Source: Macrostomum hystrix
Taxonomy: Eukaryota > Animalia > Platyhelminthes
NCBI GenBank assembly: GCA_950097015.1
Contig: CATNEN010000024.1
Span: forward strand, 7,062,576 to 7,126,575
Reading direction: 5' to 3'
DNA length: 64,000 nt
In this document: positions 13,401 to 24,316 of the stretch, in pieces
How positions within the stretch are numbered: the stretch's first letter is position 1
Layout: each line of letters opens with the position of its first letter
The notes under the pieces: model-generated
Told to the model about the DNA's origin: nothing
What the model saw: only the letters and a program-made list of their open reading frames with translations
Databases searched by the model: none
Program-made: the position numbers and the translations under genes

Positions 13401-16400
13401 CGTGACCAAGTAGACCATCACCGGAGTGTAGCTGCGGCTGTTCAATATGCCGGCCCTCGGTTGCGAATTCATTACACACTCCAAGATCCGTAGACATCTC
13501 CATGCTGTTGTGTGAGGGCGTTGGGTGGCCTGGATTCCTTCAGTGACTTACCCACTGCCCCCCTCCAAAACCTGTTCCTTCAGTGACTTACCCACTGCTC
13601 CCCTCCACACCTGTTCCTTCAGTGACTTACCCACTGCCCCCTTCCACACCTGTTCCTTCAGTGACTTACCCACTGCCCTACTCCACACCTGTTCCTTCAG
13701 TAGCTAACCCACTGCCCTACTCCACACCTGTTCCTTCAGTGACTTACCCACTGCTCCCCTCCACACCTGTTACTTCAGTAACTAACCCACTGCCCTACTC
13801 CACACCTGTTACTTCAGTAGCTAACCCACTGCCCTACTCCACACCTGTTACTTCAGTAACTTACCCACTGCCCCCTCCACACCTGTTCCTTCAGTGACTT
13901 ACCCACTGCCCCCCTCCACACCTGTTCCTTCAGTGACTTACCCACTGCCCCCCTCCACACCTGTTCCTTCAGTGACTTACCCACTGCCCCCCTCCAAAAC
14001 CTGTTCCTTCAGTGACTTACCCACTGCTCCCCTCCACACCTGTTCCTTCAGTGACTTACCCACTGCCCTACTCCACACCTGTTCCTTCAGTAGCTAACCC
14101 ACTGCCCTACTCCACACCTGTTCCTTCAGTGACTTACCCACTGCTCCCCTCCACACCTGTTACTTCAGTGACTTACCCACTGCCCCCCTCCAAAACCTGT
14201 TCCTTCAGTGACTTACCCACTGCTCCCCTCCACACCTGTTCCTTCAGTGACTTACCCACTGCCCCCTTCCACACCTGTTCCTTCAGTGACTTACCCACTG
14301 CCCTACTCCACACCTGTTCCTTCAGTAGCTAACCCACTGCCCTACTCCACACCTGTTCCTTCAGTGACTTACCCACTGCTCCCCTCCACACCTGTTACTT
14401 CAGTAACTAACCCACTGCCCTACTCCACACCTGTTACTTCAGTAGCTAACCCACTGCCCTACTCCACACCTGTTACTTCAGTAACTTACCCACTGCCCCC
14501 TCCACACCTGTTCCTTCAGTGACTTACCCACTGCCCCCCTCCACACCTGTTCCTTCAGTGACTTACCCACTGCTCCCCTCCACACCTGTTCCTTCAGTGA
14601 CTTACCCACTGCCCCCTTCCACACCTGTTCCTTCAGTGACTTACCCACTGCCCCCTTCCACACCTGTTCCTTCAGTGACTTACCCACTGCCCCCCTCCAA
14701 AACCTGTTCCTTCAGTGACTTACCCACTGCTCCCCTCCACACCTGTTCCTTCAGTGACTTACCCACTGCCCCCTTCCACACCTGTTCCTTCAGTGACTTA
14801 CCCACTGCTCCCCTCCACACCTGTTCCTTCAGTGACTTACCCACTGCCCCCTTCCACACCTGTTCCTTCAGTGACTTACCCACTGCCCTACTCCACACCT
14901 GTTCCTTCAGTAGCTAACCCACTGCCCTACTCCACACCTGTTCCTTCAGTGACTTACCCACTGCCCTACTCCACACCTGTTCCTTCAGTAGCTAACCCAC
15001 TGCCCTACTCCACACCTGTTCCTTCAGTGACTTACCCACTGCCCTACTCCACACCTGTTCCTTCAGTAGCTAACCCACTGCCCTACTCCACACCTGTTCC
15101 TTCAGTGACTTACCCACTGCCCTACTCCACACCTGTTCCTTCAGTAGCTAACCCACTGCCCTACTCCACACCTGTTCCTTCAGTGACTTACCCACTGCCC
15201 TACTCCACACCTGTTCCTTCAGTAGCTAACCCACTGCCCTACTCCACACCTGTTCCTTCAGTGACTTACCCACTGCCCTACTCCACACCTGTTCCTTCAG
15301 TAGCTAACCCACTGCCCTACTCCACACCTGTTCCTTCAGTAGCTAACCCACTGCCCTACTCCACACCTGTTCCTTCAGTAGCTAACCCACTGCCCTACTC
15401 CACACCTGTTACTTCAGTAGCTAACCCACTGCCCTACTCCACACCTGTTCCTTCAGTGACTTACCCACTGCTCCCCTCCACACCTGTTACTTCAGTAACT
15501 AACCCACTGCCCTACTCCACACCTGTTACTTCAGTAGCTAACCCACTGCCCTACTCCACACCTGTTACTTCAGTAACTTACCCACTGCCCCCTTCAACAC
15601 CTGTTCCTTCAGTGACTTACCCACTGCCCCCCTCCACACCTGTTCCTTCAGTGACTTACCCACTGCTCCCCTCCACACCTGTTACTTCAGTAACTAACCC
15701 ACTGCCCTACTCCACACCTGTTACTTCAGTAGCTAACCCACTGCCCTACTCCACACCTGTTCCTTCAGTAACTTACCCACTGCCCCCTTCAACACCTGTT
15801 CCTTCAGTGACTTACCCACTTCCCCACTCCACACCTGTTCCTTCAGTGACTTACCCACTGCCCCCCTCCACACCTGTTCCTTCAGTGACTTACCCACTGC
15901 TCCCCTCCACACCTGTTCCTTCAGTGACTTACCCACTGCCCTACTCCACACCTGTTCCTTCAGTAGCTAACCCACTGCCCTACTCCACACCTGTTCCTTC
16001 AGTGACTTACCCACTGCTCCCCTCCACACCTGTTACTTCAGTAACTAACCCACTGCCCTACTCCACACCTGTTACTTCAGTAGCTAACCCACTGCCCTAC
16101 TCCACACCTGTTACTTCAGTAACTTACCCACTGCCCCCTCCACACCTGTTCCTTCAGTGACTTACCCACTGCCCCCCTCCACACCTGTTCCTTCAGTGAC
16201 TTACCCACTGCCCCCCTCCACACCTGTTCCTTCAGTGACTTACCCACTGCCCCCCTCCACACCTGTTCCTTCAGTGACTTACCCACTGCCCCCCTCCACA
16301 CCTGTTCCTTCAGTGACTTACCCACTGCCCCCCTCCACACCTGTTCCTTCAGTGACTTACCCACTGCCCCCCTCCACACCTGTTCCTTCAGTGACTTACC

Positions 16401-17482
16401 CACTGCTCCCCTCCACACCTGTTCCTTTAGTGACTTACCCACTGCTCCCCTCCACACCTGTTCCTTCAGTGACTTACCCACTGCTCCCCTCCACACCTGT
16501 TCCTTCAGTAACTTACCCACTGCCCTTCTCCACACCTGTTCCTTCAGAAACTAACCCACTGCCCTACTCCACACCTGTTCCTTCAGAAACTAACCCACTG
16601 CCCCTAGTTGCCTTTCTGTTCCTTGATGGTTAGGTAATTGTCGAATTACAACTGAGCAGATTTTTCAGGAAAGAAGGCCAAAAATCTGACCTGCTGCTGA
16701 CCAAAGCTGCACGAACGCAGCACTGAGTGAACAGGTCGTGCCAGGTATAGTTCTGCTCAACTAAGCTGCGCATGATAAGTTTGAGCTCTCTGAGAAGCTG
16801 CCTAGGAATGCGATACTTAAAGTACACATTGTCAGCATAGGCAGCAATGCAGGTGCCAAACAAGTCATCTGAAATTTGAATGTCACTAAGTATCATAGTT
16901 AATAAAAAATTGTAAATAAATAGGTGGGTCTGGGTGGGTAATAATAGGCTGTGTGGGTCATGACTGGGTGGGTCAGGGCTTAAACTGCTTCCAAATAGTT
17001 TTGTCCCCACAAGTGGTGATATATTGATATATATATTATATTTTATTATATTATATAATTAAATCACAAAATTTGGGAAGAAAGTATATATTAGAAATAA
17101 TTTTTGCTTAGTGAAGCAAAAATAAAAAACTTGGTTTAAATTACCATCAAGACATTGTTCAAATGGGGCACATACTCCTTTGTCGAAAAGACATCCTGTA
17201 AAATTAATTAAAAGGGATATTTATGTAGTTTAAATAATATGTATTGCACTCACATAAAACAGATTAGCCTGCATTAATGCAAAAAAGCAACTTACCAATA
17301 TTTTGATTTTCAATAACATTGAGTTGGGATGCAAAAGCTTTGTTAGAAATTTCTTTGCTTTCTTGAGCCACTCTGTCATATTCTAGTAGCTGTGCCTGAC
17401 AGGATAGAAAACTCACAGAAAATATGAAAAAAATGCAGGCTAAGAGTAATTTGACATGGCGAGAATATGTATTTATTCTCAT
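1042..17482 (-). CDS. PTPRN: IA-2/PTPRN-family receptor-type tyrosine pseudophosphatase (dense-core vesicle protein), 15 exons, 782 aa
   Basis: Exons (minus): 17296-17482, 17145-17195, 16691-16868, 13320-13504, 9768-10020, 9007-9087, 8865-8941, 8347-8417, 7095-7459, 5748-5802, 4522-4669, 4052-4317, 3042-3208, 2257-2449, 1042-1113. All introns are GT-AG, phases chain, total 2349 nt. The protein has a signal peptide, the RESP18-like [24 protein letters not shown]...[10 protein letters not shown], a KR site before the juxtamembrane ectodomain, a TM helix ([23 protein letters not shown]), [27 protein letters not shown], a PTP domain with [10 protein letters not shown], and C-terminus [12 protein letters not shown], matching IA-2 EEVNAILKALPQ as recalled. 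Confidence 0.95.
1150..2215. repeat. Minisatellite in PTPRN intron 14 (19-bp unit grading into 21/22-bp unit)
   Basis: gaggattgctgtgctgaat, then gagggagattgcagtactgaat repeats. Confidence 0.95.
2540..3035. repeat. 20/21-bp minisatellite in PTPRN intron 13
   Basis: ctgggtcaactaggataaac / ctgggtcatccggggataaac units. Confidence 0.95.
3222..3990. repeat. 17/18-bp minisatellite in PTPRN intron 12
   Basis: aagggaaatctgtgaac units. Confidence 0.95.
4682..5710. repeat. 22-bp minisatellite in PTPRN intron 10
   Basis: atctcgtctgttcatgtgtggg units. Confidence 0.96.
6420..6835 (+). mobile_element. Unclassified dispersed repeat (second, shorter copy at ~25416-25615)
   Basis: Block agggccaacc...gagagtgtacactgcctga.gatgagaaa.tcagg.cagatgtacacacctgtgtg... 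is shared with 25416-25560; both copies end in AT-rich simple-repeat tails. Confidence 0.6.
6880..7015 (-). mobile_element. Fragment of the CORE-type SINE family, inverted (related fragments at ~33440-33580 minus and ~25730-25820 plus)
   Basis: The reverse complement contains gcttcagttaatccagctgta...cccagtctatggactgaacagctgtacacagcc, matching the SINE body at 44785-44890. Confidence 0.6.
7553..8300. repeat. 22-bp minisatellite in PTPRN intron 8
   Basis: gccattctctcagccagtca(g/t)t units, degenerating near 8100-8300. Confidence 0.95.
8570..8815. repeat. 21-bp minisatellite in PTPRN intron 7
   Basis: ctcattatctcagttcacacc units. Confidence 0.95.
9108..9760. repeat. 23-bp minisatellite in PTPRN intron 5
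   Basis: ggatccagttagaacagggtgt(g/a) units. Confidence 0.96.
10340..10477. repeat. (GATA)n microsatellite in PTPRN intron 4
   Basis: gatagatagata run with a few variant units. Confidence 0.97.
10856..12242. repeat. 15-bp minisatellite in PTPRN intron 4 (~92 units)
   Basis: cacccagtcgtgatc / cacccagttatgacc units. Confidence 0.97.
13530..16605. repeat. 38/39-bp minisatellite in PTPRN intron 3 with higher-order duplication
   Basis: ctccacacctgttccttcagtgacttacccactgccccc and agtagctaaccc variants; identical 104-aa ORFs at 13583 and 14208 give a 625-bp higher-order period. Confidence 0.97.
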
Positions 17483-18302
17483 TTTGTAACAAATTGTCTA
17501 GACTGACTCCGTTTGCAGACCTTTTGACAACTTTTTAAATAATTTACACAGACTTAAGGAAGAATTTAATCGAGAACTTTAGTGCGAAATCTTGACACTA
17601 TTTTTTATGCTAGATTGAAATACTGAGGTATTTTTCTTATTAACTTAACTAATTCCTTTATAAATGGAAACAACCATTACTCTTCACCAATGTAGTAGCT
17701 TAGTTTGGATTCACGATAAATAAAAATTATTGACATGCAGGCTTAATTTACTTATCGCGTAATTTTGAATGAGCGCGCTAGTTTATCTTATCTACCAGTG
17801 CTTACTCCAATAAGTAAAGTTAACAGGCTTGCAAGAAATAAAAATATTTATTTATTTTTGCGTAATAACATATAGATTTAAAATGAAATAGTTTTTTTTC
17901 TTTTTTAGCAAGCTACTTCTTTGTTAATCTCAAACAAAACCGTCATCAATGCGATTGTTTCTAAAAGCACTGCTGAACCCAAATATAGTTAGGATTTTAA
18001 ATATAGTTTTCGTTGTTTAATCTGTTCTGAAACTAACTCAGAATGCTGTGAACTTGCAAAACAGGCTGTTTTTCGAGAACGTAGAAGTGAGAAGGATTGT
18101 GTTCTGCAAATAATGCGGATGCCGATGCTACCAATTACGGCAGAGTAGCTGTACCGCAGAACACTAGGGTAATTATGACTGATGAAAAAAACGTCATATT
18201 GTAGTAAACTGAAATCATTCGAAATATTTTGTTATACATTTGGTATTTATTTGTATATGGTTGCTTGCTTAAATGGCTTGTATTGATTGCATATGGCTGT
18301 AC

Positions 18303-18617
18303 CAGCGTGCGTGCCTAACGCGGCCTTCTGTCCTGCTGACTCAGCGGCGCCTGCGGCTGGCCGGGCATGTCATCCGGGCCGAAGCCTACTGCCCAGAGCC
18401 GCTGCAGGATGTCCTGCTGTGGACCTCGCAGGGACCGCGCGGGCGCGGCCAGGGACGATCAGCCCGCGATGTCGACCGTCTTTTTGAAGACGCGCGAGCA
18501 CCCAGCCAGACGGCCGGTGTGAAGCATGTTAGAGACCTGGCTCTGAAACGCGCGATTTGACGTTCCCCCTCTTGGCCACTTCTGTGGTCGGCGTGGGGCG
18601 TAACTATTATTATTATT
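18303..18617 (+). mobile_element. 5'-truncated RTE-type non-LTR retrotransposon 3' end
   Basis: Encodes RRLRLAGHVIR...RAI*, has a (TAT)n tail and a 12-bp TSD atatggctgtac (18291-18302 / 18618-18629); near-identical to 44340-44670. Confidence 0.85.
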
Positions 18618-20000
18618 ATATGGCTGTACAAGTTCATAGAAAATGCGCACTGATTAAAAAATTGTTTAAAAACTGTTAAGTCCTTAAATTTTGCGGAAAA
18701 ACGATTGACGATGATACGTTTTTTTGCTCTCATAATTTTTTGATTAAATTTTCAGGCGTTTAAGTTTTCGCAAGAATGTATAGGACCGTTATAGTTGCGA
18801 GAAATTAATTAGGCGATTTTTTTTATTAGCTTTAAATAAAAATCGTAGCGATCGTCGTTGTTACATAACGAACATTAATAAACAGTTATTATATTTTCAC
18901 TAACTTTATATGTAAATTTATTGCATTTGGATTATATTATTATTTCGTTATAAGCTGTCTCTTGGATTTGTCAAGTTTTTTGTTTACCGAAATATGGAGG
19001 ACATGTCATTTTTCATGTGAATGACAGTTTAATGTCAGTTAGATGTCAGTGCCTTTAAACTAGCACTGTGGATTTCACGATTCTATGGATAGTTTAATAA
19101 ATAAGGTTTGAAGTTTGACAGCTGCCTCGTTATGCAAGTGATGCTTTGACAATAGAAACAGCACGATGCCAATCGCCAAGCTCAATACACACTATCTTCA
19201 GGGAATGGATTGGTTCTTTGTTGCTGGGCTGTCAAAATGGGAGTCAATGTGGTTTTTCATCTGCTAAGCCTAATTGTCACATTTTTCTGACAATCTCTTT
19301 ATTGAGTGGCAATTATTTGGCAGATTTTCTAATTAGCTATAATGTGGCAGGATGTAGTGAATAGACGGTTGCCGAGCGATGATATTTCTAGCATTGCTAT
19401 CTGTCCTCTTTTGTTAAAGTACACGTATTGTACCTACTCTTGTAGAATGATAATAAAATAAACTAGCAAGCAGTCACCTTTGAAGGCAAACGCTGTCTGC
19501 AAACGTATGGAAATTAAGCCAAGGCAGAAAAAATACAGCTACCCCGGTACTAACTATATACAGCTGTATAATATTCAACAAACACAAAGTCCCCCTAGCA
19601 TTGCCAGGATCATGCAATTCTTTTTTGGGGTGAGTCAGGGACACGTACGCACTGACGTTTGAGCACTGGGCGGATATAGTAATCCGCATAAAATATGGTT
19701 TCAGACAGTGTCATAGTTGTCTAGCTTTGACTCAGCAACTGCACTCGCGTGCAAAGGCCCTCGATTACTAACGTGCAGAAGAGCAGTCATGGCTGCAATG
19801 CTGGCTAAGAAAATCAATGCATTTTCAGCTAAGAAGTCGTTCTGATCAAGTTAAATAAAATGAGTTGGAAAAAGTATTTGCGAGACAGCCAAACGCGCTT
19901 AATATAGCAGTTGCATGAGGCAATAATACGAGGGCAAGCTAAATTCGATGTTTATAAATGTTGAGTATCATACAGGTAAATTTAATTGCGTGTAAAAAAA

Positions 20001-22799
20001 CTATTTTCTTAAAAAACCGGAAACCTGTACATGATCTTGCAGTCGGCGAGCATTGTTCTGCGCCCCGGATTCAGCGTGATAGTTGCCAATGAATGAGCCC
20101 TCCTCACCATACTCACCTGAAAGTTAGTAAACCAAGGAAGCAACTAAGTACTTTTAGACATTCTTGACGGGTTTCAGACATTCGAGGAACTCACGATAGT
20201 CGATCACATCCACGGCGCACTGAGCAGAACTCTCGCTAGAGAGGCCGCTGACCGGAGAGAGCCTGTGTCCAGGCTGGTCAGGCTCCCAGACTCCGTCCAG
20301 CCTGTCGGGCTGCCGATATTCGCTGAACACCTCGGCGCGCGCCTCCGCCTGCGGATCATAGCCCCACCGGAGCTCTTGTTTGGCCACCTGGTAGGTTCGC
20401 CCAACCTGCCTGGTTGCCACGCGGATGCCGACTGCCAAGCCTGCCAGCAGCAGCAGCGTGAGGACGACCGCAGCGACGACCTGCGCGCTTGCGCCTGCCA
20501 GATTCTGCTGTGAAGCTGCCTCCGGTGGCTGCCGAATGGACACCGTAAGGTTCTTCAGCTGGCCTGTGATGTCGAAATCGGTCGAATAGAAACAGCGGGT
20601 ATCCCGGAGACAGTCCTGAGCCAGCATCCGACTGCCAGACAGCGACTGTGGCTTCTGAATCTGCAGGCTGCCCATAGCGGCTAAGGATCTGTACCGCAGG
20701 TTGAACACGGGGGTAAGACTGCGACCTTGAGTCAGCTGCGATCTGCAGGATGGCTGTATCCAGAGGACCACGCGGCCTCGATCGTTGTCAGTCTCCAGTG
20801 CGCAGCTGACGTTATCTCGGAACAGAGCCGAGCTAGGCAGCAGTGTTCTGGAGTCCAGTCTGAGGGAGACTAGGATTTCGACGCCGATCTTAGTCAGGAA
20901 GTTGGAGAACTGATCACTCAGACGGAATTCAAATCTCGTGCCGTTGCTTAAGTCGCATCGCTTGGAGTTGCAGTCGCTGTCGTCTTTGACTACAAAGTCT
21001 TCCATCGTAGGCCTCGGAATGAATACAATTTCACTTCCCTGACTTCCGACAGAGTAATCAGATGCACCGAGCAGCTGCGACTCTGTTGAATTAACTGAAG
21101 CCGTACATTCAAAGCGGTGACTAAAGTTTGTTCCAAGCACGGGATGCGAAGGTGGAACTCGGGTTATATTAATTGACAAGCTTCTCGAATAACTGACGGC
21201 TAATGTGGTCAGGTGCATCCAGTTGTCTATGGCGGAAGCCTGCTGACGAAATTCCTTATCAGACAATGCGACCCAGTTGGATTTATCCCCACTAGCGAGT
21301 AGCATGTAAAACACCGGTGTGATAGTTACGGAATTCAGTCCTGAGAATGTCACTGTACAGTTATAAGCCATAGATTCGCCTTCTATGGCGTACACTCTGT
21401 GAGGCAGCAGACCTGAAGTGGCAGATTCCAAGACGGAAGCCTGTGGAAAGCGGGGCATCGAGATTACTGCGACTTCAAACTCGAAAAACTTTGACCCGGC
21501 CTCGCATCTGTAGATGCCATTGTGCACATCAGACACAGATGACGTGAATTCGATCATGTTACCAGTTCTGAATATTCGCAAATCATCCACAAGACTCCAC
21601 TCGTCCAGATGAGCTGGGATAAGCGGCTTTCCGTCGCGATAAAATCGATAGACCTCGCTTTTATCGCTGCAAATGATTGGGCACACAAGGGCGGTGTTGT
21701 CCATGCCCGACATCACAGTCACCTTTCTCTGAAGATTTGGCACGACCTCGCATTCGCGAGATGCCGCAGTGCCATTGCAGCCCCGGTAAAAAACTTCTTC
21801 TAGGGGAATACGCACCCTGACCGGACCCGTGCTCACGTAGGGCTCAGAGTCGCCCGTCACCGATGCGATGGTGCAGATGCCGATGGAAAACTGAGGCATG
21901 CATTCTTCATAGAACAGCTTCACTTCCCTGCTGAGACCGCAGCTTGAGAACCACAGCTTGCCGTCTCTCAGATTTAGGTGCAACAGTTTGGCGCGGTTTC
22001 TGTGCATTGAGTCCATCTTTGAATGGTAATTAACAAAGAGAATCGAATTGCTGAGCTGATAAGTAATGCACGACGAAGAATCAAAGTACAGAATCATTCC
22101 CAGGTTAAGCTTCGCTTTCAGAAACTCCGGCGCTGACTCAATAGCTGCAACAATCTCATGTCTTAAAAAGTCGACTCTAGCAAAGCTATCATCATACGAG
22201 TAGCGAGTAATATTAGTGGCGAAGCTAACAGCACTGTCAGTGAGAAATCCTGGCGTGAAGCTGCGCCCAGAAGCAGACGATGACACCGCCGTCACCGGGT
22301 CCAGGTTCCAGATCCGCAGAGGCTTGGACTCCAGCCGGCCAGTGGAAAACTTCACTCTAACTAGCAGCTCCAGGCTCTCAGTGATGGCGTCCTTCTGTGA
22401 CAGTTCTGACTGGCCGATGTGCAGGCTGAAATCCTCAGCTTCCTTTAAGCTCGATGAGATTATGAATGGCAGGCTGCCTGCACAGCGCACCGCCGTCTCA
22501 GAAGCCGCAGTGCCAACCGAGCCCAGATCCACAACACCCGCTAATGCTGACTTCGGACACCGGAAGCTGAGCAGCCTTCTTAGACCGAGGCCTGTGTCTC
22601 CGGCAATGCGAAGCCTCAGTCCAATCTTCGTGCCCTTCCTGAGCACAGCGATCGCGCCCGAGTCACCGACCTCCCAGACTTCGTCCCAATTTAGGAGTAG
22701 CTTGGCAGACCCACTGCAGTTGAAGTACGGAGCCTGAGACCAGTTCACCGCCAGATGGACCGTGCTCAGCAGCAGCATGAGCAGAAACTGGTAGTGCAT
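20001..22799 (-). CDS. Paralogue A: type I membrane protein, two Ig domains, L1/neuroglian-like cytoplasmic tail with FIGNY motif; predicted join(20195-22799, 20001-20116), 906 aa
   Basis: Signal peptide; Ig motifs LVCPIIC..YRFYR..HNGIYRCEAG and EGESMAYNCTV..FECTASV; TM VVAAVVLTLLLLAGLAVGI. Donor TATC|gtgagt at 20195/20194 and acceptor ctaactttcag| at 20117/20116 (78-bp intron) give VIDYREYGEEGSFIGNY in frame. A further donor CAG|gtttcc near 20024 may add another exon. Confidence 0.85.
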
Positions 22800-24001
22800 G
22801 GTGCAGGTCTGACAATCGATCCATAACGATAATGGGAGGAATTAGCTTTCTAATAAAATATAATTTAGTCAAATTAGTCTAAAATTAAAAAAAATTTAAG
22901 GAACGGAAATATCACCACTAATAATTTTTGTAGTAGCATTAATTATATAAAGTGGTTTTGACTAAGGCCTTGACAACGATCAATAATTAATCTAAATGAT
23001 TTCTGTAAAGTTTTCCAGCAATCAAGTCAACACAAGGACAAAATGACTCACATTTATTTTCTTCTAGAAGGCTTCGTCTTGATATTAAGAACAAATGTGA
23101 TTATAAAAAAGAAAAAATAAAAAAGAAATAAAGAGACTATAAAAATTTCCCACTGCCGACTTTGCTGTGGAAACTACGTTTATTGAGAAGAGTTTTAAAT
23201 AGTTAAACTTTTTAGCCGCTAAGATTAAAACAAAAATAGGTGATCAGCCTTCAACTCTGAACCTGCAATTCTTTAAACTTGTTCTTAAATAAAAAAAAAT
23301 ATTTTTTCGTCTTCTAAAATTATAATCGTGATTTTGAGTTAAATTTGATTAAAAAAATAACTACCTACAATCCTATATCACACTGCGTTGAATAAAGTAT
23401 ACGCGTAATAAAGAGTTATGCATAATTCCCCGATGCTAAATTTCATATGTGATTAGTAGAATATTTAAATTGTGCTTCTATTTTTATGTGAACGAATATA
23501 ATTTCATAACGTTATGCAACTTCATCTGTCCTCATTTGTATCAGTTTTGGTAAACAAGATTGGTAAACTAGATTTATTTTCAATTCTGACCGTAAAATCA
23601 TATACGTATTCGTATTCTTAATTTGATAATCGCACACAAGACTTCATATTTCTTCAGCAATCTTCACTTGTTATAGATCCTTTAAATAAAGCGACTTTTA
23701 AGCGGTTCGTGCTCTGGTATCTTTTTGCTAAACAGAGTTGCAACAACTGCAGCGGAAGGCACAAGAATTTATAACATTACACTATAGTAGGAATAATTGT
23801 CTCCCTATCAGGGGTTTAAAATCGGAACAACGCGATACAAAAGAATCCTTATCTTTATTTCGATCGAAGGGAGAACCTGATAAAATATGTGCATTTATTA
23901 TAAACAAACGAACAGCATGTGGCAAGGGGACTTAATTAGAAATATGCGTTTGCTGAGCACAGTTAAAATATCCATACAAGCTCATAACAGGTTAAGCCGC
24001 A

Positions 24002-24316
24002 ATGCTCATGACAATTGATCTACTACTTCTGGTCGCTCAGCTGGCACCGCAACTCGGGGCAACAGCAGCAGCCTGTCCGAACAGAGATTACATCCCGGTG
24101 TGCGGCGCAGACGGCTTAACGCATCCGAGTCGTTGCTGGGCGGAGTCGGCCGGCGTACCGGTGGTCAGCGAGGGCGTCTGTCCGGGCTCGGAGCGTCGCT
24201 GCACGCGCCAGCTGGCCCCGGTGTGCGGTGCCAACGGCTTTGTCTATCCGAACGTGTGCATTGCAGAGGCAGACCAGGTGCGAGTGCTGCGAGACGGATT
24301 TTGCGACGAATTTTAA
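24002..24316 (+). CDS. Secreted two-domain Kazal-type protease inhibitor (4 Cys per domain), 104 aa
   Basis: Hydrophobic leader, then CPNRDYIPVCGADGLTHPSRC...GVC and CTRQLAPVCGANGFVYPNVC...GFC; intronless GC-rich ORF in AT-rich flanks. Confidence 0.88.
   Translation: MLMTIDLLLLVAQLAPQLGATAAACPNRDYIPVCGADGLTHPSRCWAESAGVPVVSEGVCPGSERRCTRQLAPVCGANGFVYPNVCIAEADQVRVLRDGFCDEF

Noticed and set aside
1-16605. CRISPR-like periodicity
   Set aside because: Units are head-to-tail with no unique spacers, no cas genes are present, and the context is a spliced eukaryotic gene.
13525-16633. Mucin-like [12 protein letters not shown] ORFs (up to 481 aa, plus strand)
   Set aside because: By-product of the 39-bp intronic repeat; antisense to PTPRN, no signal peptide or unique flanking sequence, broken by 38-bp units.
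19700-19842. Possible third exon of paralogue A ending ...SKLDNYDTV*
   Set aside because: Phase-compatible with a CAG|gtttcc donor near 20024, but the splice sites are weak and there is no homology support; not called.
20154-20194. C-terminus EFLECLKPVKNV of the 881-aa track ORF
   Set aside because: Probably intron read-through: a consensus GTGAGT donor precedes it and splicing restores the FIGxY motif. It could still exist as a retained-intron isoform.
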